Below, piece by piece: positions 1 to 9,437 of a stretch of 64,000 bases of DNA. The position numbers and the translations under genes were made by a program. Below the pieces are notes generated by a model that ran no database searches, had not been told where the DNA came from, and saw only the letters and a program-made list of their open reading frames with translations. Positions within the stretch are counted from its first letter, which is position 1. Every line of letters starts with the position of its first letter. The stretch comes from Terriglobia bacterium (GTDB lineage Bacteria; Acidobacteriota; Terriglobia; 20CM-2-55-15): positions 896,001-960,000 of the forward strand of contig CAXWPJ010000002.1 in NCBI GenBank assembly GCA_963664115.2. The letters are read 5' to 3'.

Positions 1-400
1 TTTCAAAGAGATAAACGATCAAATCGGACACCGGGCAGGCGATCAGGTCCTCAAATTCTTCTCGCATTTCCTGAGGGTGAACCTGCGCCAGGAGGACGTC
101 CTGTGCCGGATTGGCGGGGATGAGTTCTCCGTCATCTTGCCGGACACCGATTCACAACGAGCCGAAATATTCTTCGATCGCGTCAAAGCCAAGCTGGACC
201 GAATCGATCTGTCGCTCGACGGTCGCGAGGACATCCGGGTGTCCTTCAGTTGCGGGATTGCTTCGTTCTCGCCTGATGACACTCCAGAGGCATTCATCGA
301 TCAGGCTGATCAAGCGCTTTATTCCGCCAAAGCCAGAGGACGCAACCAGGTGGTTGCTGCGGGTCTGACCCCCGCTCTGGGCAATCGCTTCGTGAATTGA
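1..400 (+). CDS. Diguanylate cyclase, GGDEF domain (5' end outside window)
   Basis: Frame open from the window edge: FKEINDQIGHRAGDQVL...RIGGDEF...ADQALYSAKARGRN. Confidence 0.9.
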   Translation, partial: FKEINDQIGHRAGDQVLKFFSHFLRVNLRQEDVLCRIGGDEFSVILPDTDSQRAEIFFDRVKAKLDRIDLSLDGREDIRVSFSCGIASFSPDDTPEAFIDQADQALYSAKARGRNQVVAAGLTPALGNRFVN

Positions 401-418
401 ACCGCGGATGACGCGCTA

Positions 419-689
419 GTGACCTGTACTACCCAAATCGGGGCCAGCGCCGATGGGTCTTGCCGACGAGATCGAGGCGCGAAACGGAAGTCGATGTAAG
501 CGCATCGGCGACGGCTCGTAACGAAGATGTCGCCGGCAACCCCCATCGGCCCAAAGGGTTCGGGCGAAACGGCATTGCCTTCGTTGTCGTCAGCTCCTCG
601 GAATGAAGGGACATTTCCTCGTCGCTGACTCCTAGAATCCAGCGCCGTTTGGCCCGAACGCTGGTCCCGATTTGGGTGGTACAGGCCAC
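419..689. mobile_element. Non-autonomous MITE, 271 bp, flanked by CTAG (TA duplication, IS630-like)
   Basis: 31-bp terminal inverted repeats at 419-449 and 659-689 (28/31 match); CTAG at 416-419 and 689-692; no credible coding ORF inside. Confidence 0.8.
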
Positions 690-692
690 TAG

Positions 693-2541
693 TCCCAAAA
701 CAAGCGCATAACCAGTCCGCCGAGGCCCAGTTCGCGCCGATAGAATTCGAGGCATAGAATCCCGTTCCCGGATGGCCTGTTCCAGGTATCGAGTTTCTGT
801 TGAATCTGTTTCAGTTCAGCCTCGCTGGTGTTGGACGGTTGACAGAAACCGGGACCTCGATCGCCCGGGCTCAGAGTCATGATCGGGTCAACATCGCAGA
901 GGCTGACGCAACACATCCACCCCGCGGAACAAGACCGGCAACCACCGGTTCCAGGCCAGGATCCGGAACAGAATGCGCCGCCCGGTGCGCACGAGTTGGC
1001 ACGGCACAAGCATGAAAGCGTTCAAGAAGGTTTTGAACTCCATGCGCAGCACGGTTTGCTTCTCAGCCTGATATTTTTGGCCCCAACGTCCGGTTTCGGG
1101 AAGCAGCAATGCAAACCACGCTTTCAGTGTCCAGGCCAGTGACGCGATCACCATGTAGGCCCAGTTGCTGGTCTGATCTCCGACCGGCATCCGCAACGCC
1201 TGAACGCCGTTCTTCAACTGCTCAATGAGATTCTCCTGATTGCACCGTTGATTGGCACGCATCACAATCTGGTCGGCCGGATCCGAACGGTTGGTAATGT
1301 AGAAGAAGTACCGGATGTCGTCAAACAACACCTGCTCTCCTTTGGCCACCGACAGATTCTTCCGCACCACGACGACACGGTAGTCCCGATCGCAGGCTCC
1401 GGGTCGATACCGAAACTCGGCCACATCCTCACCCTGCAAGCGGATATTGTCGAAACCGCGCTGCCGAACGATCTCTTCCTTCACGTTGTCGGGACGTTGG
1501 CGCGGTTCGGTCGCCACGTCGTATTTCGCGGGCCGTTCCAGGCGCTTCCACTGGCGCGGCTCCAGTTCATCGGCCCGGGCCTTCAGGTTCGCCATCGCGT
1601 CAATCCCGAATATGAAACCCACCTGCTGGTCGTCCCATCCGTCCAGATGCCGGGTCTGGCTGAAGTCCGTGTCCCCGCGCAGCAGGATCTGGCGAAACCC
1701 CGCATGCCGGCACAATGCGATGGCTTGGTCGAACCGGACCGCGGCTCCTTCATGCGACGGCCGGTTGCCGCTACGATTGACCAGATACAGCGGTTCGGCG
1801 GTGTTGGCCAGCGAGATCATCAGCGGGTGATATCCCCACGTCCCGTCGTAGGCCACGTCCATCCCTTGCTTGCATTCCCCCGTGGTTTCGGCCAGTGTCC
1901 CGTCCGCGTCCAACACCGCTTCTTCGAAAAACGCCGCCGGTTGCTGTCGCCAGACTCCGAGCCGGACTTGATTGGTTGCCTCCATCAGACACTCCACGTC
2001 GTCGGCCTCGAATCTCCGGCAGAAGTCTCCCGCCGTCGTCGGATCCGGAATCCGTTGCGCTCCCAGCGCATCCAGATACACCGCATCGTTGCGCCGCAGT
2101 TCGATGTCTTCCAGGCACGTTCCTCCGCTCAAGGCGTTGTAGGCGATGTTCAGCACGTGATCCGACTCGTGATACGGCAGGTGCCGCTTCAACACATGCA
2201 CGCCCTTGTCGATGGCTTCGATCAGCCCGGTCCGCCGCGCCACCAGTTGCATCGTCCCGATACCACCAACCGATGTGCCCCGCGTCCGCTCTCCCATCTC
2301 GTACTGAATGTTGCTCGCCGAAAACATCGGCTCTACCTGATCCGTCCAATGCCGGTCCCCAAGCCGACGTTCGATTCGCCGCTTGCGGTTCCTCATGTTC
2401 TTGCGCGTATAATCGTTCATCTGAAATGCCTCCTTTTCCGAAGAATCTGTTCAAGGTTTTTTTCGCACGGAGAGGGGGCATTTCGGGTACTTCCGCTCTT
2501 ATTGCACTATCATTTCCTCGTCAATCACGCTTGTTCAGGGT
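693..2541 (-). mobile_element. IS1380-family insertion sequence, copy 1 (1849 bp)
   Basis: Imperfect IRs (cccaaaacaagcg / ccctgaacaagcg); CTAG at 689-692 and 2542-2545; same sequence at 17970-19818 and from 63789. Confidence 0.9.
888..2420 (-). CDS. IS1380-family DDE transposase
   Basis: 510 aa with LDADGT, GYHPL, LLRGDTDF and NQRCNQENLIEQLKNG motifs typical of the IS1380 family. Confidence 0.88.
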   Translation of the reverse strand: MNDYTRKNMRNRKRRIERRLGDRHWTDQVEPMFSASNIQYEMGERTRGTSVGGIGTMQLVARRTGLIEAIDKGVHVLKRHLPYHESDHVLNIAYNALSGGTCLEDIELRRNDAVYLDALGAQRIPDPTTAGDFCRRFEADDVECLMEATNQVRLGVWRQQPAAFFEEAVLDADGTLAETTGECKQGMDVAYDGTWGYHPLMISLANTAEPLYLVNRSGNRPSHEGAAVRFDQAIALCRHAGFRQILLRGDTDFSQTRHLDGWDDQQVGFIFGIDAMANLKARADELEPRQWKRLERPAKYDVATEPRQRPDNVKEEIVRQRGFDNIRLQGEDVAEFRYRPGACDRDYRVVVVRKNLSVAKGEQVLFDDIRYFFYITNRSDPADQIVMRANQRCNQENLIEQLKNGVQALRMPVGDQTSNWAYMVIASLAWTLKAWFALLLPETGRWGQKYQAEKQTVLRMEFKTFLNAFMLVPCQLVRTGRRILFRILAWNRWLPVLFRGVDVLRQPLRC

Positions 2542-2584
2542 CTAGTCGCGCACACGAGTTTCCGTCCAAACAACAACTCCTGTT

Positions 2585-2610
2585 CGGCGGTCTTCGGGCC
2601 GCCGTTTTTT
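2585..2610 (+). terminator. Rho-independent terminator
   Basis: Stem cggcggtc / ggccgccg with a TTCG loop, followed by T6. Confidence 0.8.
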
Positions 2611-2634
2611 ATGGGGGATTAGGAAGGCGTAGAG

Positions 2635-2689
2635 GGTGAAAGGTTAATAGTTAATGGTGAGATCTTTCTTAACTCTCAACTTTCAACTG
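2635..2689. repeat. Intergenic palindrome of 7-mer periodic units
   Basis: gttaata-gttaatg-gtgaga ... cttaact-ctcaact-ttcaact. Confidence 0.65.
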
Positions 2690-2692
2690 GCC

Positions 2693-3973
2693 TCATCTCA
2701 CAATAAGTATTTGTCCGGCGTATATGGTGCTGCCGCGGAGCCCGTTCAGATTTATCAACTCCTGAAGCCTCATACCGAACAACTCGGCAATTTCAGAGAG
2801 GGTATTATCGCCAAGGCGAACACGGTACTCACCGTTAGCGGCCACTTCCGCTGCATCTGCGCCGTCAAGGGCCGCCACGACGAGTGTTTCACCCGTAAAG
2901 ATCAAGTCTGTCGGCAGGCTATTGAGGTTCATGAGTCTATCGATCGTGATGCCGTGGCGAACTGCGATGGTCCCGAGGGTGTCTCCCGAACGGACACGGT
3001 AGGTTTGTCCCCCGGTTCCGTTCAACGGTGCCCGGGCGATGCGCGTTGCCGGAGCAGTGAAGTCCATGGGGCTGTCCAGGGCGATTGGTCCGAAATGGAC
3101 CTCGTAGTTGTTGTAGACGTTTACAGCCGCTATAAATTCGGCGTATAAATTCTTGGATGCGTATCCGAAAGTCCGGCTGCTGTAATTGCCGACGATCGTG
3201 GCCATATCCGAACCATGGGCGCGTCGTGCCCGCGCCATACCCGCTCGCCCATGGTTGTATGCGCTGATGGCCAGGGGCCAGGACTGCAGTACTTCATAGT
3301 TTCCCCTGAGCAGTCTGGCTGCCGACCGTGTTGCAATGGCGGGGTTCAAACGATCGTCCCGTCCGCGCGTAACGCGCATGAACTGTCTGCCTGTAGACGG
3401 CATAAACTGCCAGATTCCCGCTGCACCTGCGTGGGAGCGTGCTTCGTTTTGGAACGATGATTCAACCAGAGGCAGCAGTGTGATGACGGTCGGTACGCTC
3501 TCGCTTTCGAACACTTCCTCGAAATAGCTGAGGTATCTTCCGGAGCGGATGATGCCGGCCCGAAAACGTTCCTTGATGCCGCGCTGAACATGGATGCGCC
3601 CCTGGAGGACGGCAATATCCCCTGCCCGCATGCGCACGCCATCGGCCTCAATCATGTCGTAGAGGCGTCGTGCCTCGGTGGTGAGTTGGTTCGGGCTTGA
3701 TATCTTGCTTCGAACTTCGCTCAACAGGTTCCGGACCGACTGCACTCCGGAGCGTCTCGACCGTTCATCGACGACTGCATAGATCAGGTCCACCCGCTGG
3801 GCATCGTGGATGATGAGGTCGTCTTCACCGTATACCGTGAACACCTTTTCCCAGAACTCGATGCGATCACTGAGTCCGTCTTCAGGGAATCCGGGTATCT
3901 GGGCGACAGATAAATTGTTGAAGGTCGATGAAACGATCAGGAAAAGAACGAGCCAGCGGAAGCGTGCCATCAT
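2693..3973 (-). CDS. MltD-like lytic transglycosylase with two LysM domains
   Basis: Signal peptide; SLT motifs LVESSF, AAGIWQFMP, AYNHG; C-terminal YRVRSGDTL and YRVRLGD LysM repeats. Confidence 0.88.
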   Translation of the reverse strand: MMARFRWLVLFLIVSSTFNNLSVAQIPGFPEDGLSDRIEFWEKVFTVYGEDDLIIHDAQRVDLIYAVVDERSRRSGVQSVRNLLSEVRSKISSPNQLTTEARRLYDMIEADGVRMRAGDIAVLQGRIHVQRGIKERFRAGIIRSGRYLSYFEEVFESESVPTVITLLPLVESSFQNEARSHAGAAGIWQFMPSTGRQFMRVTRGRDDRLNPAIATRSAARLLRGNYEVLQSWPLAISAYNHGRAGMARARRAHGSDMATIVGNYSSRTFGYASKNLYAEFIAAVNVYNNYEVHFGPIALDSPMDFTAPATRIARAPLNGTGGQTYRVRSGDTLGTIAVRHGITIDRLMNLNSLPTDLIFTGETLVVAALDGADAAEVAANGEYRVRLGDNTLSEIAELFGMRLQELINLNGLRGSTIYAGQILIVR

Positions 3974-4073
3974 GCGCTCTTATCTCCGAAGAAAAGTTTC
4001 GTCCTCATTAAAGACCGTCTACTGGCAGAGAATATTATCACGACGAAGGCGCCGGCAGGCACATCAAAGAGCC

Positions 4074-5417
4074 TTACATTTTTTTGAGAAGCGTATGTGC
4101 CGCTACCAACAGCGGATCCCACAGGCTACCGTACGGGGGTGTGTAGGAGAGATCGAGTTGGGAGATCTCCCTGACCGTCATTGACGACATGATCGCGGTG
4201 GCTGCAACGTCGATACGTTTAGACACATCTCCGTAGCCGATTGATTGAGCGCCGATCAACCTTCGGCTGTCGGAATCTGCGATCAATTTGATCCATATCT
4301 TACCGGCTCCGGGTGAATATGCCGCCCGGTCCAGAGCCTCGATCCGAACCGACACCGTTCGCATCCGTTCTGCTGAAGCTTCATTCGAGGTCAGACCTAC
4401 GCGCCCGATCGCAAGGTCGAACACCTTGAGAATAGTGGTGCCGACGGTGCCCGAGAACTTTGTCCGCTTACCCGTAAGGTTGTCTCCCACAACACGCCCT
4501 TGTTTGGCAGCTACGGTTCCGATGTGATGCAGAATGGGACGGCGCCTCAATATGCAATATGCTTCAGCACAGTTTCCTGCCGCAAAAATACTCGGGACAC
4601 TGGTCTCCATATATTCATTCACGGCGATTCCCCCGGTCGCACCCAGACTGACACCCGCTTCGCGGGATAATTCCACGTTGGGTACGACACCGGTGTCCAA
4701 CATCACGGCATCCGCCGGGGAAGCGCCCGAGGATCCTCGAGTCTTGACGCCCGTCACGTGTTCTGCTTCGCCGATGAGCGCTTCGACCGGGATTCCAGTA
4801 CGAAGCTTCACCCCATGCCGCAGTAACTCGTATTCGACAATCCGGGCCATGTCCGGGTCGATGCTACCCATGATGTGTGTGCGTTGCTCGAAGATCGTCA
4901 CTGACTTCTTCAGCTTCCGAAGAGCTTCGGCCATTTCGAGTCCTACATAGCCTCCGCCAACGATCGCAACCGTCCGGGCCCTATCGAGCGAAGGTCGGAT
5001 TCGAACCGCGTCGTCGAGTGAGGTGATGGAAAATACGTTTTCCAGGGACGTTCCAGGTATGTCGGGATGCGAGGGACGGACTCCTGTCGACAGCAGTAGG
5101 CGGTCGAAGGGAAAGGTCAACGTTTCTCCAGTGTCTGCGCGACGTACTTCCACGCGCTTTCTGGACGGATGGACGGCTTCGACATGAGCATGGACGTGGG
5201 CCTCAATATCGCGCTTTTGTTTGAGGCTTGCAGGCGTGAACGTCACCAGATCGTCGGACCCCACCTCATCGGCCATGAAATAGGGGATTCCGCAAGTGCT
5301 GTAGGAGATGAACGGGCTCCTTTCCAGTACAGTGATGTCCAGACGAGGATCGAGGCGCTTGGCGCGCGAGGCCGCGGACATTCCTGCTGCGTTGCCCCCG
5401 ATGATGACGATACGCAT
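4074..5417 (-). CDS. CoA-disulfide reductase / NADH oxidase family flavoprotein
   Basis: Start moved to MRIVIIGGNAAGMSAA; SYSTCGIPY redox Cys motif; GGGYVGLE; C-terminal LDLSYTPPY. Confidence 0.88.
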   Translation of the reverse strand: MRIVIIGGNAAGMSAASRAKRLDPRLDITVLERSPFISYSTCGIPYFMADEVGSDDLVTFTPASLKQKRDIEAHVHAHVEAVHPSRKRVEVRRADTGETLTFPFDRLLLSTGVRPSHPDIPGTSLENVFSITSLDDAVRIRPSLDRARTVAIVGGGYVGLEMAEALRKLKKSVTIFEQRTHIMGSIDPDMARIVEYELLRHGVKLRTGIPVEALIGEAEHVTGVKTRGSSGASPADAVMLDTGVVPNVELSREAGVSLGATGGIAVNEYMETSVPSIFAAGNCAEAYCILRRRPILHHIGTVAAKQGRVVGDNLTGKRTKFSGTVGTTILKVFDLAIGRVGLTSNEASAERMRTVSVRIEALDRAAYSPGAGKIWIKLIADSDSRRLIGAQSIGYGDVSKRIDVAATAIMSSMTVREISQLDLSYTPPYGSLWDPLLVAAHTLLKKM

Positions 5418-5424
5418 CTTAAGA

Positions 5425-5497
5425 AGTGATGAGTGATACGTGAAGTGTGACACGCACGAGGGAAGACGCCTCCGCTCGTCACGCACCACGTGTCACC
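5425..5497. repeat. Intergenic palindrome of 7-mer periodic units (gtga-type)
   Basis: gtgatga-gtgatac-gtgaagt-gtgacac ... tcacgca-ccacgtg-tcacc. Confidence 0.55.
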
Positions 5498-5502
5498 TTC
5501 AT

Positions 5503-6249
5503 CTACATATATTTTTCCCGCTCTCGAAGCCATGAATCCGGATCGTTTGCTCCCGGACGCTCCAGAATGACGTGTGTTTCCTCAGCGACGACTCGGGCGC
5601 GTTCTATTCCTGCAGCCCGGGCAAAAGCACCAAACTCGAAGGGTGTAAATCCCGCCCTCACTCCCGCTTCGAAGCGACTCCGTAAGCGTTCGTCGTAATT
5701 TGATCCGTGTCGGCTGAGGTGGCGGGAGATATTGAAGCGGTTCGGCCTTCGCAGTTCCCGGATCAAGATCGCCCCTGTCGGCTTGGTTACTCGATGAATC
5801 TCCCTCAATGTTTTCGTTGGATGTTCGAATCCGTGGAGGGCTCCGTCAGAGACAACCATGTCGAAGTAAGCCGTCTTGAATTTCATTTGAGCGGGCTCTC
5901 CTACCTGAAAAAACATCCGCTCGCCCAGCTTCCATTCTTCGGCGGTTTGCCGCGCGGTCTCCGCCATTTGAAGGCTTCGATAAACACCCATACAAAGAAG
6001 GCCCTCTGCGTCCCAGAGAATTTTCATTGCGACCAGCCCGAGACGGCTGCCTACATCGAGCACCATGCCGGCATCCACACCGAGACTCCGGGCGCGTTCG
6101 ACAAACGCCTGGTCCTGTGATTTGAAGTAAGACTCTTCGGTTGCTTCTATCCAGGCTTCGAGTTCCTCGTTTGTCAGTTCACCCGTGGATACGGGCATAC
6201 GTGCCGGGTAGAGGAGGCGTGCCCACATGCTCCCGATGCCCATAGGCAC
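5503..6249 (-). CDS. Class I SAM-dependent methyltransferase-like protein
   Basis: VLDVGSRLG (degenerate motif I), FDMVVS, LREIHRVTKPTG. Confidence 0.75.
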   Translation of the reverse strand: MPMGIGSMWARLLYPARMPVSTGELTNEELEAWIEATEESYFKSQDQAFVERARSLGVDAGMVLDVGSRLGLVAMKILWDAEGLLCMGVYRSLQMAETARQTAEEWKLGERMFFQVGEPAQMKFKTAYFDMVVSDGALHGFEHPTKTLREIHRVTKPTGAILIRELRRPNRFNISRHLSRHGSNYDERLRSRFEAGVRAGFTPFEFGAFARAAGIERARVVAEETHVILERPGANDPDSWLREREKYM

Positions 6250-6253
6250 TGCT

Positions 6254-6742
6254 TTACTCGGTCTGGGGAAGGTCCCCGATCAACACAGCGACTTCGTCCA
6301 ACAGAATATTGTTCTTCGTCATGTACTGGACTTCACGAACGAAGGCGTAGGCGTTGCCGCTCAGTGCGGCAACAGCGAGGATCGTGTGTATCCAGACCGG
6401 TAGCACCCGCGTATCGACGCCACCGCCGATTATCCATGCGGCCATCGTGAAAAGAATGGCCATGGTTGCCGGAGGAAAAACCCGGGATTTAAACTCCCGC
6501 GTTCGACGGATGAATTCAGGAGCCTGAGGATGTGAACCGAGGAGATCCTTTGCCTGCTTGGCGGTACCGATGAAGTAAAACATCGACATACACTGCGCCA
6601 AAATCGTGACGAATGTTGCAAAGAGGGCAAATAGAAAGTGTTGCCCCAGTCCGATCCGGCCGTCTATGGCGAAGCCCAGGTAAACCGTGACCGTGAGGCT
6701 GGCGATTCCCATCAATGAACTGGTTAAAAGTGCTAGGACCAT
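6254..6742 (-). CDS. Hypothetical four-TM membrane protein
   Basis: Four hydrophobic segments from MVLALLTSSL; ATG at 6742 preferred over the longer ORF. Confidence 0.65.
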   Translation of the reverse strand: MVLALLTSSLMGIASLTVTVYLGFAIDGRIGLGQHFLFALFATFVTILAQCMSMFYFIGTAKQAKDLLGSHPQAPEFIRRTREFKSRVFPPATMAILFTMAAWIIGGGVDTRVLPVWIHTILAVAALSGNAYAFVREVQYMTKNNILLDEVAVLIGDLPQTE

Positions 6743-6910
6743 AAGTTTTGCTAGTTTCTGCTTCGAGATTCTACCATGTCCGATCACCGGAGGAATCGTC
6801 CCCCGAAGTCGACCATCAGTTCGACGGAAAGCACAATCTATGGGTGTTATATGGAACGGATTGTCGAAGTTATTGTGTACATCCATTCACTCATGGTATG
6901 AAGGAAGACG

Positions 6911-7591
6911 ATGCGGCGACTTCTGATCATGATGATCTTGATCGCGATGACCTCGGCGTGTGCGAAGCGCGCTCAAGTGCAGCTCCCGGGTCCCATCCCC
7001 AATCCGGGTGTCGTGATGGCATCCTCTGAGGGCGCGGCAGTCGATGGCCGTGCAAGTTATTACGGAGATCCCTACCATGGCCGGGCGACGGCCAACGGCG
7101 AGACCTTCGACAAGAACAAAATGACCGCGGCACACCGGACCTTACCATTCAACACCTGGGTTCGTGTCGAGAATCAGTTGAACAGGAGGAAGGTTGACGT
7201 TCGGATCAACGATCGTGGCCCCTTCGTGGGTGGGCGTCTGATCGACCTTTCCGAAGGAGCCGCGCGCGAGATCGACATGATCCGGTCCGGCGTCGCTCCA
7301 GTGCGCTTGGAGATCATCAAAGAGGCCCCAGCAGCGACCGGCGGGCGCGCCATCACCGAGGATGTGTTTTACGTCATCCAACTCGGTGCGTTCGGCAGCG
7401 AGCAAGCCGCGCAAGAGGTGAGGCGTCGATTCGAACCCAAGTACACCGGCATATACGTGGATCGTCCAACGGGCGACAGCCCCCTCTACAAAGTCCGTAT
7501 CGGACGATCCCTGCTCAGGGAAGCCCGCTTCATCCAGGATTTGCTCAAACGCGAAGACAACGTCGACGCGATTGTCGTCCAGATGAATTAG
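6911..7591 (+). CDS. rlpA: Septal ring lytic transglycosylase RlpA lipoprotein with SPOR domain
   Basis: Lipobox-like TSAC; [23 protein letters not shown]; C-terminal IQLGAF SPOR domain. Confidence 0.92.
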   Translation: MRRLLIMMILIAMTSACAKRAQVQLPGPIPNPGVVMASSEGAAVDGRASYYGDPYHGRATANGETFDKNKMTAAHRTLPFNTWVRVENQLNRRKVDVRINDRGPFVGGRLIDLSEGAAREIDMIRSGVAPVRLEIIKEAPAATGGRAITEDVFYVIQLGAFGSEQAAQEVRRRFEPKYTGIYVDRPTGDSPLYKVRIGRSLLREARFIQDLLKREDNVDAIVVQMN

Positions 7592-7603
7592 TTCGTCTTT
7601 TTG

Positions 7604-7697
7604 TTAACACGAAGACAACGAAGTTCAACGAAGGGTCACGAAGAATTCTATTTTCTGAAGAATGATTACTTTGTGATCTTCGTGCCTTCGTGTTGAA
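7604..7697. repeat. Intergenic palindrome of cacgaag-type periodic units
   Basis: aacacgaag-acaacgaag-ttcaacgaag-ggtcacgaag ... ctttgtgat-cttcgtgc-cttcgtgtt. Confidence 0.7.
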
Positions 7698-7872
7698 GAT
7701 CTCTACTTGCAGGAATTCGGAGCTTCCTGAAGATCTCGCCGATCTTTAGGCTCTCATCGATCCCGTTATACCTTAATCACCGCCGCAGGATGTGAGTCGT
7801 TTCAAGTACGTTGAAGTTCTGGCAGGGCCCCCTGCGCACGCACTGGGCTCGCTTTTGATGGAATGGAAGCGA

Positions 7873-8616
7873 TCAGGAGTGGGTCGGATCACACCGAAGG
7901 AACTCGGGTAAATCGTTGGAGGCACCGTTCTCGCCCGTTGCATTCAGAGTAATGATCGGCCAACCGCGAGCCTTCGCAGCCCGACGGAGGCGGTTCGTTG
8001 GATTCGTTGCCACGGGATGCCCGGTCTGAGATAGCATCGGAATGTCGGCCGAACTGTCCGAGAATGCGCATGAAGCCTTCAGGTCCAGATCTTCGGCCTT
8101 GGCATACAAGCGAATGATGGCGGCCTTTTCGTCTCCCACGACCAGTCGCGGAAGGACTTTGCCCGTGGCTACGTGATCCAGGAACTCCAGGCGATTGCAG
8201 ATGATCTCGTCAAATCCGAGCTGCAGAGCGATCGGGCGCACCGTGAAATCCAGGTCACCGGTGACCAGGACGTTGCGGTAACCCAGTTCGCGGGTCCGGC
8301 GGACCAGGGCTTCCGATCCCGCATAAATGGAAGGCTTAAGAGTGACTTCAAATAGATCGTCGGCCAGGCCGATGAGGCGGTCCCGGTGCATTCCCCGGTA
8401 GGCCCGGAACAAGAACACATTGAAAGACTTTCGCGAATAGAGATCCAGAACGAAGAATATCGGGACCTTTATAAGCACGTTCAGAAACTTGAAGATCGAT
8501 TTCAGGATCGACCTGTCGTTTCGGGCATAGTAGGCATACGTCATGACGAGATTACACGACAGCAGAGTGCCGTCCAGATCGAAAAACGCCGCCTTTTTAT
8601 GTTTTTCCGTGTCCAA
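7873..8616 (-). CDS. HAD-superfamily subfamily IB phosphatase
   Basis: Motif I FFDLDGTL, motif II LVTG, conserved K, motif IV FSDSSADIPML. Confidence 0.88.
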   Translation of the reverse strand: MDTEKHKKAAFFDLDGTLLSCNLVMTYAYYARNDRSILKSIFKFLNVLIKVPIFFVLDLYSRKSFNVFLFRAYRGMHRDRLIGLADDLFEVTLKPSIYAGSEALVRRTRELGYRNVLVTGDLDFTVRPIALQLGFDEIICNRLEFLDHVATGKVLPRLVVGDEKAAIIRLYAKAEDLDLKASCAFSDSSADIPMLSQTGHPVATNPTNRLRRAAKARGWPIITLNATGENGASNDLPEFLRCDPTHS

Positions 8617-8642
8617 TCTACTGCGACCTCAAAATTCGAATG

Positions 8643-9437
8643 TTACACCAGACCCTGACCTCGCCGCCGATTAATGAATCGGACCAGAGCCGGGATCCAA
8701 GCCGCGGGAAGAAGTCGGACGACAAAAACGAAAATGCGGTTGAAGAATCCAGGAACGACGATGTGCGTTCCGCGGAGAGTCTCGACGTAGGCCACTCGGC
8801 CAGCGGCCTCGGCCGTCATGCCCGAGCGGCTGTTTCTTTCCGAAATACCTGCGCGGGAACGAAACTCGGTCTGTGTGACACCGGGGCAAAATAGGGTCAC
8901 GGTCACGCCCGTCTTCCTCAACTCGTTGGCCAGAGAAGACGAGAACGAAAGCAAGAACGCTTTCGAGGCCGCATACACGGACTGTAGTGGGACCGGAGAG
9001 AAAGAGTATACGGACGCCACGAACAGAAGCCGTCCCCTGCCGCGTGAGATCATGGCGGGCAACACCGTCCGGGTGAGTGTCAGCGTGGCCGTGAGCTGTA
9101 CATTCAGGAGGTCGATATTCTCGTCAATTGAGGTCGAAGCGAACGAGCCCTGGATGCCAAAGCCTGCGTTATTGACCAGCACCTCGTAAGTGTAGGGTTT
9201 GGACCCGAGCGCGGCGACCAGGCTCTCGACACCCTCTCGGGTGGACAAGTCTGCGGGAACGACTTCGGTTTCGACACTGTGTCTGCGGGCACATTCGGCG
9301 GCGACTTCGGCCAGAGCTACCTCGTTCCGGCCCGTGAGAAACAGATTGAAGCCCCCGGCCGCGAACTCAGAGGCCAGCGCTTTCCCGATCCCGGACGAAG
9401 CACCTGTGATAACCGCCCACTTCGAATCCGCACTCAT
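8643..9437 (-). CDS. Short-chain dehydrogenase/reductase (candidate acyl/alkyl-DHAP reductase)
   Basis: TGASSGIG, NNAGFG, YAASK; ATGA overlap with the AGPS stop. The specific function is inferred from context. Confidence 0.85.
   Translation of the reverse strand: MSADSKWAVITGASSGIGKALASEFAAGGFNLFLTGRNEVALAEVAAECARRHSVETEVVPADLSTREGVESLVAALGSKPYTYEVLVNNAGFGIQGSFASTSIDENIDLLNVQLTATLTLTRTVLPAMISRGRGRLLFVASVYSFSPVPLQSVYAASKAFLLSFSSSLANELRKTGVTVTLFCPGVTQTEFRSRAGISERNSRSGMTAEAAGRVAYVETLRGTHIVVPGFFNRIFVFVVRLLPAAWIPALVRFINRRRGQGLV

Noticed and set aside
2546-2572. Right flank of IS copy 1 reads LDGNSCARL on the minus strand, a possible missing HAD N-terminus
   Set aside because: Lacks the first catalytic Asp, has the wrong spacing and lies beside a terminator; probably chance.
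1248-2639. 463-aa plus-strand ORF inside IS1380 (and its twin at 18525-19844)
   Set aside because: Antisense shadow of the GC-rich transposase; no recognisable motifs, and its end varies with the flank.
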